Part shown: in pieces, positions 1-11,105 of the stretch
Numbering within the stretch: the first letter of the stretch is position 1
Layout: every line of letters begins with the position of its first letter
Origin: Mobula hypostoma
Lineage: Eukaryota
NCBI RefSeq assembly: GCF_963921235.1
Contig: NC_086108.1
Coordinates: 59,956,001-60,020,000 of the forward strand
Length of the DNA: 64,000 nucleotides
Direction: 5' to 3'
Translations under genes and position numbers: made by a program
Notes under the pieces: generated by a model
The model's input: only the letters and a program-made list of their open reading frames with translations
Databases searched by the model: none
Told to the model about the DNA's origin: nothing

Positions 1-48
1 TTAAGAAACTGCAAGACCCTGTTGGGAATTATATACAAGTCTCCAAAC

Positions 49-2616
49 GCATAGACAGGATATGGGTCACACTGTTGTGTACATAAATCTATTGATGCTT
101 CTGGACACATCTTCAGTGATGTTCCTGGAATCATCGGGTGTTTCGGGTCTTTCAACATCATACAACCTCCTCCAGGTGACCCAGCTGGGGCTGATCAGAC
201 CCCGGCTTGTGTCCAGTTGGCTAGCTACTTATGACTCCATGGCTCCCCTCTTTTGAGCCACAGCCATCTTGAGGCCCTCTCTGCTGCATTGGTGGTACTG
301 CAGATGGCTCTCCTTTTCCTCTCTCCCTCGATGCCCAAATTGCTGAAGGCTCTAGATAAGGAACGGGCTACGAATCCCCTACAACCAACCTCCACTGGGA
401 GACACCTCGCTCTCCATCCAGCCTGCTGACAGTTGCTGACCAGTCCTGCGTACTTGGAGAGCTTCCTTTCGAAGGCCTCCTCCAAGCTATCTTCCCATGG
501 GACTGTCAGCTCCAGCAGCACCACTTGCTTAGTCGACTCAGATACTAGGACAATGTCTGGTCACAGGGTGGTGGCTGCAATATGGTTAGGGAACTTCAGA
601 TGCCTTTCAAGGTCCACCAACAGCTGCCAGTCCCTTGCAGGGGTCAGAATGCCTGCAGATGTTCTTTTGGCAGGTATTGGCTGCTCCCCAGCTCTGACAA
701 AGGCAATGGTCTGCTTGGAGGGTTGGGACCGCTTCGCCCACTCAACTCCTGCGCTGACGGCTTCAGCGACGGTCTTCAGGACCTGATCATGCCTCCACCT
801 GTACCGTCCCTCACCAAGTGCCCTTGCACAGCCACTGAGGATGTGCTCCAGGGTTCCTCGCTTGGAGCACAGTGGGCACGCAGATGACTCTGCCTTGCCC
901 CATGTGTGCAGGTTTGATGGGCTTGGAAGCACATCGTACACTGCCTGGATGAGAAATTGGATGCGGTGTGGTTTGGCTTTCCAAGGATCATCCCAGGTCA
1001 CTTTCCTCTCAACCGCATTTTCCCATCTTGTCCAAGCTCCCTGTTGCTTCATTCCCACCGCCTTGCAGGCTCTCATCTCCTCCACTACTGCTCTCACCTC
1101 CTCCTGAACTAGATGACGCCTTTCCTTCCCTCTGGTGTCCATTTGGGGAGTTGGAAAGGATCCTAGCCCAGCTCGGCCTCGTGTGACCACTCCCACCAGC
1201 CTCCTGTGACGCAGCCTCGCCTCTGCCTCCTGAACAGCTTCCTCTGCCCTCCACTTCCTGCCAGTACTTACTTGGATCCCTGCTCTAGCCACCTTCGGGT
1301 CACTTGAGTCCCTATACTGTAGCACTTCTCTGGCTCTTGTTTCCTTGAATTCTTCCTCCAAGGATTTGAAGGACAGTTGCAGTTTGTTGTGTCCATAGAG
1401 TGCGATTCTGCTCAGGCTCTTTGGCAGCCCCAGCCATCTCCTGAGGTGGTTGCTAACCCTCCTCTCTAAGGTTTCGACTGTAGAGATTAGAACTGCATAG
1501 ATGAGGAGGGGCCACAGGATTCTGGGAAGAATGCCACACTGATACACCCAGGCTTTAAACTTCCCAGGTAGGCCAGACTTGTCCACAGATTTCAGCCAGC
1601 CATCCAACTCGGTGCAGGTTGCCTGAATGGATGTTGTGTCCCTTAAAGAGCTGTCAAAAACTTTGCCTAAGCTCTTGACTGGCTTTTCTGTGATGTTTGG
1701 GATGGCTGTACCTGCGATGCTGAACCGGAACTTGTTCTCCACCTTCCCTTTCCTCAGCACCATCGATCTTGATTTGGCAGGTTTGAAACGCATCCGGGCC
1801 CACTCCACCAGCTTTTCGAGCCCCTGCAGAATCCTCCGGCAGCCTGGGACTGATTCTATGGTGACTGTGAGGTCATCCATGAATGCCCTGATAGGTGGTT
1901 GCCGTTGAGCGGAATTCATTCTGGGCCCTCTGCACTCTGGTTCAGCAGACTTAGTGAGCATGTTCACGGCTAGGGAGAACAGTGTCACTGAGATAGTGCA
2001 TCCTGTGATGATGCCGACCTCCACCTTGTGCCAGGTTGATGTAATTGTTCCTGAAGAGACCCTCATCCTGAAGTTGCTGTAATAATCAGCGATAAGGTCT
2101 CTGATTCTGCTGGGGACGTGATATTTGGTCAGTGTGAGTTGCACCAGCTTGTGCGGAATGGAGCCATATGCATTTGCCAGGTCGAGCCACAACACTGACA
2201 GGTTGCCCTTGTTCTCTCTGGCCTCCCTGATGAGCTGTGTCACCACACTGATGTGCTCCAGACAGCCCGGCATCCCTGAAATGCCACCCTTCTGGTCTGA
2301 TGTATCAATATAGGGGTTCTTTGCTAGGTGCACATCCGGTTAGAAACTACACTGAAGAAGATCTTCGCCTCGACACACAGCAGGGAGATGATGCGAAACT
2401 GATCTATCTGGGTGGCATTTTCCTCCTTCGGGATCCACACTCTTTCAGCCACTCTCCACGGTTCTGGGATTTTCCCCCTTCTCCAGAAGATTCTCAGGAT
2501 CTTCCACAGACGCAGCAGGAGTTTGGGGCAGTTCTTGTACACTTTGTACAAGGTGCTGCTTGGTCCTGGAGCCGAGCTTGCCCTTGCTTTGCGGACGACC
2601 TCTCTGACTTCTTTTA
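49..2616 (-). mobile_element. 5'-truncated Hero-clade (restriction-like endonuclease, RLE) non-LTR retrotransposon
   Basis: RT motifs WLDLANAYGS, GIITGCTIS and FMDD; CCHC knuckle CPLC..LEHILSGC; RHDQVL; RLE motif (R>*)PDIVL..LLELTVPWE..KY. One frameshift near 2330 and one TGA at 561-563. Confidence 0.85.
225..2616 (-). pseudogene. Hero RT-RLE polyprotein remnant (ORFs 2324-2551, 561-2333, 225-524)
   Basis: Three ORF-track pieces join into one RT/CCHC/PD-(D/E)xK reading. The stop at 561 is a probable CGA>TGA change in RPD. Confidence 0.85.
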
Positions 2617-3525
2617 GTGGGAGACAGAAAAGATACGTCTAAAGGGAAATGCTGCAATAATCACTGGGAATTTCTCTATGAAAATAGATCGGGAAAATCA
2701 GGTTTGTGCTTGATCCCAAAAGTGGGAATTTGTACAATGCCTATGAGATAGATTTTGAAGGCAGCTTATGGTTGAGCCCACTAGAGGAATGAAAGTTCGG
2801 GGTTGGGTGTTATGTAATGACCCAGATTTGATTAGGGAGTTTAAGATAAAGGAATCCTTAGGAGGCAGTGTTAATAACATGATAGAATTCACCCTGGAGT
2901 TTGAGAAAGAGAAGCTAAAGTTCAATGTGTTGGTATAACAGTGGAGTAAAGGGAATTACAGAGGGACGAAAGAGGATCTCCCAATGTTAATTATAAAAAT
3001 AGTGGGAAGGTAGAAGATTGGGAAGCTTTAAAAAATCAACAGAAGGCAAGGTAAAAAACTACAAAGAGAGAAAAAGTTAAATATGAAGGTAAACTAGCCA
3101 ATAACATAAAGGAGGATACAAGAAGTTTTTCCAGATATATAAAAAGTAACAGAGAGATGAGAGTGGATATTAGACCACTGGAAAATGGCGCTAGAGAGGT
3201 AATAATGAGGGGTAAAGAAATGGTGGATGAGCTTAATAAGTATTTTGTGTCAGTCTTCACTCTGGAAGACACTAGCGGTATGCTAGAAATGTGAGTGTGT
3301 CAAGGGACAGAAGTGAGTGCTATTACTAAGGAGAAAGTGTTTGGGAAGCCAAAAAGTCTGAAGGTAGCTAAGTCACCTAGACCAAATAAACTAACCCTAG
3401 GATTCTGAAACAGTTAGCTGAAGAGATCGTGGAGGCATTAGCAATGATCTTTCAGGAATCAGTAGATTCTGAATTGGTTCCAGAGGATCGGAAAATTGCA
3501 AATGTCACTCCACTCTTTAAGATGT

Positions 3526-3541
3526 GGGGGGGGGGGGGGGG
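3526..3541 (+). repeat. poly-G run (16 nt)
   Basis: Directly visible homopolymer within CR1. Confidence 0.95.
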
Positions 3542-4601
3542 AGGTGCAGAAGAAAAGAATTATAGGCCAGTTAGTTTGATTTCAGGGGTTGGAAAAATGT
3601 TGTAATCTGTTATTTAAGGGGAGATTTTGCCTGAGGAATATGTGGAAATTCTTTGAGGAAATTGAAGGCAGGATAGACAAAGGAGAGTCAGTGGATGGTG
3701 TTTACTTGAATTTTCAAAAGATCTTTGAACAAGCTGAGATCCCCGTGGTATTACTGCAAAGGTACTTGTGCAGAGTTCCCTAATGATTAAGCTGTAGGTT
3801 GAGTTGGTGTGAGGGAAGGCAAATGCAATGTTAGCATTCATTTTGAGAAGACTAGAACATAAAAGCAAGGATGTAATATTGACATTTTATATGGCATTTG
3901 TCAGACTGCACTTGGAGAGTGTGAGCTGTTTTGCGTCCCTTATCTAAGAAAAGACACACTGGCATTGGAGAAGGTCCAGAAGAGGTTCACAATAATGATC
4001 CCAGGAATGAAAAGGTTAGCATATGAGTCGTGTTTGATGTCTCTGGGCCTTTGATGTCTCCATGGAGTTTAGCAGAGTGAAGGGGGAGGGATCTCATTGA
4101 AACCTTTTAAATAGTGGATGTAGAATTACATTTCCGATAGTGAGACAGGAAAGGACTACAAGGCACAGCTGAGAATTGAGGGTCATCCATTTAGAACAGA
4201 GATGAAAAAGAAATTCTTTATTCAGAGAGTGGTGAATCAGTGATATTCATTGCCACAGACAGCTGTGCAGGCCAACTCATTGGGTATATTTAAAGTGGAG
4301 GTTGATATATTCTTGATTAATCAGGGCATCAATGATTATGGGGAGAAGGCAGGAGAATGGGGTTGAGAGAGATAATAAATCAGTTATGATGGAATGTTGA
4401 AGCAGATTCGATGGGCCAAATGGCCTAATTCTGCTCCTATATCTTATGGTCTTAAGTACATTGCCAGTCCACCGCGAACATCTCCTTTCATATAGTAATT
4501 GATTGTACTACACACGTACAGTACGTATAAAAAGAATTCACTACCCTTGGAAGTTCTTTTGTTTTATTGTTTTAAACATTAAACCACAGTGGATTTAATC
4601 T

Positions 4602-4821
4602 ACACACATCAAAGTTGCTGGTGAACGCAGCAGGCCAAGCAGCATCTGTAGGAAGAGGTGCAGTCGATGTTTCAGGCCGAGACCCTTCGTCAGGACGAAG
4701 GGTCTCGGCCTGAAACGTCGACTGCTCCTCTTCCTACAGATGCTGCTTGGCCTGCTGCGTTTACCAGCAACTTTGATGTGTGTTGCTTGAATTTCCAGCA
4801 TCTGCAGAATTCCTGTTGTTT
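4602..4821. mobile_element. Palindromic Penelope pseudo-LTR-derived mini-insertion
   Basis: Arms 4602-4691 and 4694-4783 are near-perfect inverted repeats. Exact 13-bp TSD gtggatttaatct at 4589-4601 and 4822-4834. The sequence is homologous to the end of the Penelope at 22511-22645. Confidence 0.85.
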
Positions 4822-5090
4822 GTGGATTTAATCTGTCATTTTTTGGCACTAATCAACAGAAAAAGACTCTTTTTCTACAAAGTGATTTAAATTAATTATA
4901 AATATAAAACACAAAATAATTGACTGCAAAAGTATTCACCCCCTTTAGTATGACACACCAAATCATCACTGGTGCAGCCAATTGGTTTTAGAAGTCAAAT
5001 CACTAGTTAAGTGGAGATCACTGTGTGCAGTCAGCGTGTTTCAGTTGATTGTAGTAAAAATATACCTGTATCTGGAAGGTCTAACGGCTG

Positions 5091-8000
5091 ATGAGTCAGT
5101 ATCCTGGCAAAAACTACACTATAAAGACAAAAGAACACTCCAAGCAACTATGTGAAAAGTTTATTGAAAAGCACAAGTCAGGGGTTGGATACAAGAAAAT
5201 GTTCAAGTCACTGAATATCTGTTGGAGTAGAGTTAAGTCAATCATCAAGAAATGGAAAGAATATGGCACAGCTGTAAATCTGCCTAGAGCATTCTATCCT
5301 CAAAAACCGAGTGACAGTGCAAGAGGAAGACTAGTGAGGGAGGCCACCAAGAGACCTCTGGAGAAGTTACAAGCTTCAGTGGCTGAGATGGGAGAGACTG
5401 CACAGACAACAGCTGTTGCCTGGGTGCTTCACCAGTCACAGCTTTATGGGAGAGTGGCAAAGAGAAAGCCACCGTTGAAAAAAAAATCCTGTGAAATCAC
5501 AGCTAGGGTTTGCAAGAAGGCATGCGAGAGACTCTGACACCAGCTGGAAGAAGGTTCTATGGTCTGATGAAATCAAAATTATGCTTTTTGGCCATCAGAC
5601 TAAACACTAAATTTGGCATAAACTAAACATTAATTAATGGCTCCGTCTGTCTAAGTAGACGATGGATGTGCCCGGTTTAGGACTGGGTGTGGAACAGCGT
5701 TGACTGTGGCTGAATAAGTGGATTCTTGTGCGGCAGTCCTTGGCACAGCTGCTGCACACGAAGGCTGATGTCTGCGGCTAGATTGTCACTGCCACAGTTT
5801 TCCTTCTCTCCCTTCCGCCCGACCACAGTCGAGTTTGTTTTTCCTCTGCATTGGTTATGCCTGTACGTACAGCCTGTCGCCAGGTGCAGCGATTTGCAAC
5901 AGTCTCTTTCCAAGTGTCCACCCTGATATCAGCAGACTTCAGGTTGTGTTTACAAACGTCCCTGTAACGCAGCGGTGGGCCCCCTATGGGCCAGGATCCT
6001 GCGGCGAGTTCTCCGTATAGGATGTCCTTGGGGATGCGGCCATCCTGCATGCGGCGGACGTGGCCAAGCCAGCGCAGTCATCGCTGTGTGAGAAGGATAT
6101 ACATGCTTGGCGTGCTGGCCTGGTCCAGGATGTCCTTGTTTGGCACGTGGTCTTTGCAGGAAATGCCCAGGATCCAACGCAAGCACCGTAGGTGGAAGAT
6201 GTTGAGGCAGTGCTCGTGGCACGCGTAGGTTGTCCAACTCTCACTGCCATAGAGAAGAGTACTCAGTACGCAGGCTCTGTACACTGCAATCTGGTGAGCT
6301 TGTTGTTCTTCCACACTCCCTTTGACAGCTTGGCCATAGCAGCGGTGGCTTTCCCTATTCGCTTGTTGATCTCCGGATCAAGGGACAGATGGCTGGAGGC
6401 TGTCGATCCTAGGTAGGTGAATTCATCTACCACTTGCAGGGTGTGGTTGTCAATGCTGATGCTCGGGGCTTCGCTGATGTCCTGGCCCATGATCTCTGTC
6501 TTCTTCAGACTGATGGTGAGGCCAAACTCTTGGCAAGAATGTGCCATGGAACTGACTTGCCTCTGGAAAACAGACTGTGTGTGTGATGTCAGGGCGGCGT
6601 CATCAGTGAAGAGTATCTCCCAGACCAGGACCTGACGCACTTTGGTCTTTGCTTTGAGGCATGCAAGGTTGTAGAGCTTGTCGTCGGACCTAGCGTGTAG
6701 GTACACTCCGTCATCAGATGTCCTGAAAACATACAACAGTACAAGGGAGAAGAAGAGCATCGGGGCAAGGACGCAACCCTGCTTCACTCCGCTTTGGATG
6801 GGGAAGGGCTCTGAGGATGATCCATCAAATTTTACTGTCCCCTGCATGCCGTCATGGAAAGAGGCGATGAGATTCAGCAGCTTTGAAGGGCATCCGATCT
6901 TCTTCAGGAGTGTGAAGAGGCCTCTTCTGCTAACCAGGTCGAAAGACTTGGTCAGATCGATAAAGGCAACATACAAAGGCTGTCTCTGTTCCCGGCTCTT
7001 CTCCTGTAGCTGCCTGAGTGAGAAGATCATGTCGATGGTGGATCTCTCTGCTCTGAAGCCGCACTGGGACTCAGGGTAGACGCATTCTGCCAGTCTCCAC
7101 TCGCTTCAGAACCACTCGGGCAAATGCCTTGCCAATGGTGTTGAGCAGGAATATGCCTCTGTAATTGTTACAGTCGTTGTGGTCTCCCTTATTCTTGAAC
7201 AATGTGATGATGTCTGCGTCTCGCATGTCTTGGGGAACTGATTCCTCCTCCCAGCCCTGGCAGAGCAGCTCGTGAAGATGGCTTAGGAGCACTGGTTTCC
7301 CGCACTGGATCACTTCTGCAGGGATGCCGTCTTTGCCTGGTGTATGAGCAAGCGAGTCGATAGCCTTGCTGAGTTCTTCCTCTGTTGGGGTAGATTCAGC
7401 TCTTTCATGACAGGTAGGGCAGGGATACTGGCAAGGGCTAACTCAGTTCTCAGTGGAGTACAGATTCTGGTAGTGCTCGGCCCACCTCTCCATCTGCTTG
7501 GCAAGATCTTTGATGACTTCACCGTCCTTGGACTTCAACAGAGCGATCTTGTTAGCAGTGGGCCCGAAGGCTTTCTTCATCCCCTCATACATGCCTTGCA
7601 CATTGCCACTGTCGGCGCAGGTCTGGATGTTCTGGCACAGGTTCTGCCAGTAGTCAATCGCGCAGCGTCTAGCCATCCTTTGAGCATTGTTTCTTGCCAT
7701 TCTCAGTGCAGTGAGATTCTTTTCTGATGAGCCTCTTTTGTAGTTGATCAGAGCTTCTCTCTTGGCATCGAAGACAGGTTCAATCTCAGACAGGTGAGAT
7801 CCAAACCAATCTTGGTTTTTCCTCTCCTTCTTCCCGAGGAATGACATGGCAGTGTTGTAGATGGTGTGACGAATGAATTGCCACCTCTCCTCCATGGTTG
7901 TGGCTGCATTTGCTTTGAAAGCCTGTTCCATTTGGTCGTTGAGTTTCGTGCGAAGTTCTGGGTTCGCTACCTTAGCGGTGTTGATGCGTGGGCATCCTTT

Positions 8001-8895
8001 CTGCTTGGTGTTGTGGATCTTCTTTGGTTTCAGTCGGACTTTGCTGCACACCATGGAATGGTCCGTGTCGCAGTCTGCACTGTGTAAGCTGCGTGTTAGA
8101 AGCACACTGTTGAGGGCAGCTCTTCTGGTGATGATCACGTCCAGCTGATGCCAGTGTCTGGATCTTTGGTGTCTCCAGGAGACTTATGGTGAGGCTTTGT
8201 CTTGAAGAACATGTTGGTGATGCACAGCTTGCGATAGGAGCAAAGTTCCAGCAGTCTCTGGCCATTGTCGTTCATCTTGCCAACGCCAGAGTGTCCAAGG
8301 CAGTCTGGCCATGAGCTGTGTTCAGTTCTGACTTTAGCATTGAAATCACCAAGCAGAACAATGTGTTCAGATTCTAGTATTTTGCTGATGGTAGCGTCGA
8401 GGTCCTCGTAAGACTGATCTTTTGTTTCTTGAGGTGAGCCCAGCGGTGAAGTGTAGACACTCAGGATGTTCACTCTACCGGACGACGTTGAAAGGCTAAG
8501 GGAAAGAATGCGTTCTGATCCACCGGATGTTACATCATTCAAAACACACCATCCCCACCATGAAGCATAGTGGTGGCTGAACATGCTGTAGGGATGCTTC
8601 ACTGCAGCAAGCCCTGGAAGAATTGTGAGTGTAGAGGGTAAAATGAGTGCAGCGAAATACAAAGAAATCCTGGAGGAAAGCCTGATGCAGTTTGCAAGAA
8701 AACTGCGACTTTGGAGATTTGTTTTCCAACAAGACAATGACTCCAAGCATAAAGCCAAAGCTACACAGGAGTGGCTTAAAATAACAAAAATAATGTGCTG
8801 GAGTGGCCAAATCAGAGCCCAGACCTCAATCCAATTGAGAGTTTGTAGCTGGATTTGTAAAGAGTTGTTCACTCATGATCTCCATGCAATCTGAC
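5091..8895 (+). pseudogene. Tc1 transposase remnant split by the RTE insertion (pieces ~5121-5626 and ~8532-8895)
   Basis: ORFs 5091-5537 and 8625-8894 carry the HTH and DDE motifs; frameshifts are present. Confidence 0.85.
5630..8531 (-). mobile_element. 5'-truncated RTE-clade LINE inserted in the Tc1
   Basis: APE motifs (LLGDFNAKV, NDNGQRLL, DCDTDHSMV), RT motifs (YVAFIDLTKSFD, GVKQGCVLAP, LFTDD, FTYLGS) and C-terminal RIPKDILYGEL. Frameshifted. Confidence 0.9.
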
Positions 8896-10499
8896 AGAGT
8901 TTGAGCAGTTTTGAAAAGAAGAATGGGGAAATGTTGCAATATCCAAATGTACAGAGCTGATAGAGACCTATCCACACGGATTCAAGGCTGTAATTGCTAC
9001 CAACTAAATACTGACTTGAAAGGGTGAATCAATTATTTTGTGTTTTATATTTGTAATTAATTTAAATCACTTTGTAGAGATCTGTTTTCACTTTGACACG
9101 CCTTTTTTCTGTTGATCAGTGTCAAAAAAAAGCAAAACTAAATCCACTGTGATTCAAAGTTGTAAAATAATAAAACATGAAAACCTCCAGGAAGGGGTGA
9201 ATACTCTTTATAGGCCTTGATTTAAGATTGATATGGACTAAAAGATACAGGTAATTTTTTCTGTGGCAGATTGTAGGGTATGTGTCAATACTTGTCATTC
9301 CCAATATTCAGCACTACAGAGAGGCGACCCTGATAATCATGAGCTTGGTTTAATGATGAATTTTAATAATAAACTGCTGTAGATGCTACTGTCTTTGTTC
9401 TCTCTGTTCCAGCTGTCCTGACTCATACTATCATCCTGGATAATGAAGCTATCCAGGAAGGAGAAAGAGATTCTCAGTCTATGCGGACAATACTGTTAAA
9501 GGTCATAATATCCATGCCATTGTCATTAATTTTCAGTTCAGTGTTCTAGCTAAATGCATTGAGTTCAGTTAATTTATCTTGCATGCAGGGCTGGGTATGT
9601 GATAGGAAAGTAAGATCATTTGAAAAGTCCAAGTTTCAAAGTATTAAAACAATATCAATTCGATGCCTCTGTGCATCTTTTCTGTTGAGCACCATATTAC
9701 CCAAAGGGTGAGCTTGCAGACAAGACAGTTAAGACCACTGCAGACAAGGCATTTTCCTGTTTGGGATGTGAAAACGTTGCAGTAACAGGGAAATGTGAAA
9801 ATTTCTTACAGACGGCACCAGCACCAGAAGTTGGCACTAAACAGAGTTATGTGAGCTGTGAGACAGCAGCTTCCCAAGCTCTGTCATTGTCTCATCCTAG
9901 ATATTAACTCTGTTACTCTGCCCATTGATCCTGCTTTACCTGCTGGGTGATGTCATATTTTCTGTCTTTAATGTAGGGTTGATGTTAATTTTGTGAGCCA
10001 TATGCTAATATATCAAGTAAATCCTATTTGTGTGTCAATGTTCTTTCCAAAGTCCTGTGAGAACACATTAATTTGCTTGTGATGTGCACTGGACCATGAG
10101 CTTATACAATACCAGAGTGCACTGGGGATGTCATCTCAACTGATGATGAAATGCCTGCAAGCTAATTGCCAAGATCAGCGAACACGGCAACATCAAACCA
10201 CATCAGCAATTGAAATTATTAAATACTACTTTCTTTAATATCTTTACTGTGACTCCATGGGGTTTCCACTATACATCCCCTCCTCTCCCTCACTTACCAT
10301 TACGTGTAAATTATTTTGTTTGTTCATCTTTTGGTATCAGACTTCACTGCCAAAGCCAGCATTTATTACAGTGGTCCCCAACCTCCGGGCCCGTGGACTG
10401 ATACATTGCTGCGAAGAATGCAGGGGTGCAGCGCTGGCCGGGATGCACCCAGCACATCTTTAAGAAAAAAGCCAAAATAAACAAGCTAATTAATTAGGT

Positions 10500-10691
10500 A
10501 ACACACATCAAAGTTGCTGGTGAACGCAGCAGGCCAGGCAGCACCTCTAGGAAGGGGTACAGTCAACGTTTCGGGCCGAGCCCCTTCGTCAGGACCTCTT
10601 CCTAGAGATGCTGCCTGGCCTGCTGCGTTCACCAGCAACTTTGATGTGTGTGGCTTGAATTTCCAGCATCTGCACAATTCCTCTTGTTTAC
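10500..10691. mobile_element. Palindromic Penelope pseudo-LTR-derived mini-insertion (second copy)
   Basis: Same sequence family as 4602-4821; 14-bp TSD ctaattaattaggt at 10486-10499 and 10692-10705. Confidence 0.85.
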
Positions 10692-10725
10692 CTAATTAAT
10701 TAGGTGCCACCTGGCACGTAAATTT

Positions 10726-10905
10726 CATAAGGCCATAAGGCCATAAGATATAGGAGCAGAAGTAGGCCATTTGTCCCATCGAGTCTGCTCCACCATTCAA
10801 TCATGGGCTGATCCAATCCTTCCAGTCATCCTCACTCCCCTGCTTTCACCCCATACTTTTTGATGCCCTGGCTAATCAAGAACCTATCTACCTCTGCCTT
10901 AAATA
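10726..10905 (-). mobile_element. CR1 3' end fragment
   Basis: Tail repeat (cataaggc)n followed by 'ataggagcagaagtaggccatt', matching other CR1 3' ends. Confidence 0.8.
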
Positions 10906-11105
10906 CACACACATACTGAAACACAATGACACACTCAGACTACCGTACTGTCATATACACACACTCACACTACCATACTCAAATACACACCCACACACAC
11001 TGAACCCCGTACTCAAACAGACACACACACATAGATCCCTATTCTCAAATACACACACACACAGACATATCCCCCCATACTCAAACACACTCACACCCAC
11101 CCTCC
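10905..11105. repeat. Degenerate CA-rich microsatellite
   Basis: Recurrent acacacac and tactcaaa motifs. Confidence 0.8.

Larger units (their letters stand above)
1..4454 (+). mobile_element. Decayed CR1-clade LINE (endonuclease-RT remnants plus 3' end), interrupted by a Hero insertion at ~49-2616
   Basis: The endonuclease-type sequence at 1-48 (..GIIYKSPN) resumes at ~2617. RT remnants follow (KYFVSVFTLED, WKIANVTPLFK-like, VDGVYLNFQK). The 3' end 'gatgggccaaatggcctaattctgctcctatatcttatggtctt' is shared with other CR1 copies in the window. Many stops and deletions. Confidence 0.85.
4519..9219 (+). mobile_element. Tc1 (DD34E) DNA transposon with long IR/DR-type terminal repeats, carrying nested Penelope-derived and RTE insertions
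   Basis: Left end TA|cagtacgtataaaaagaattcac matches right end ggtgaatactctttataggccttg. Inner direct repeats at ~4927 and ~9015. Transposase pieces: KTKEHSKQL..WSRVKSIIKKWKEYG (HTH), VLWSDE (~5555), FQQDNDSKH (~8720), SPDLNPIE (~8820). Confidence 0.9.

Noticed and set aside
8135..8872. 245-aa ORF as a novel fusion protein
   Set aside because: Chance read-through from antisense Tc1 into the truncated RTE endonuclease.
9434..9458. 9-bp hairpin tcctggata/tatccagga
   Set aside because: Expected by chance in 64 kb; no supporting context.
9413..9501. Possible plus-strand exon after a pyrimidine tract (also 15467-15550)
   Set aside because: Short, weak donor or in-frame stop, and no recognisable peptide.
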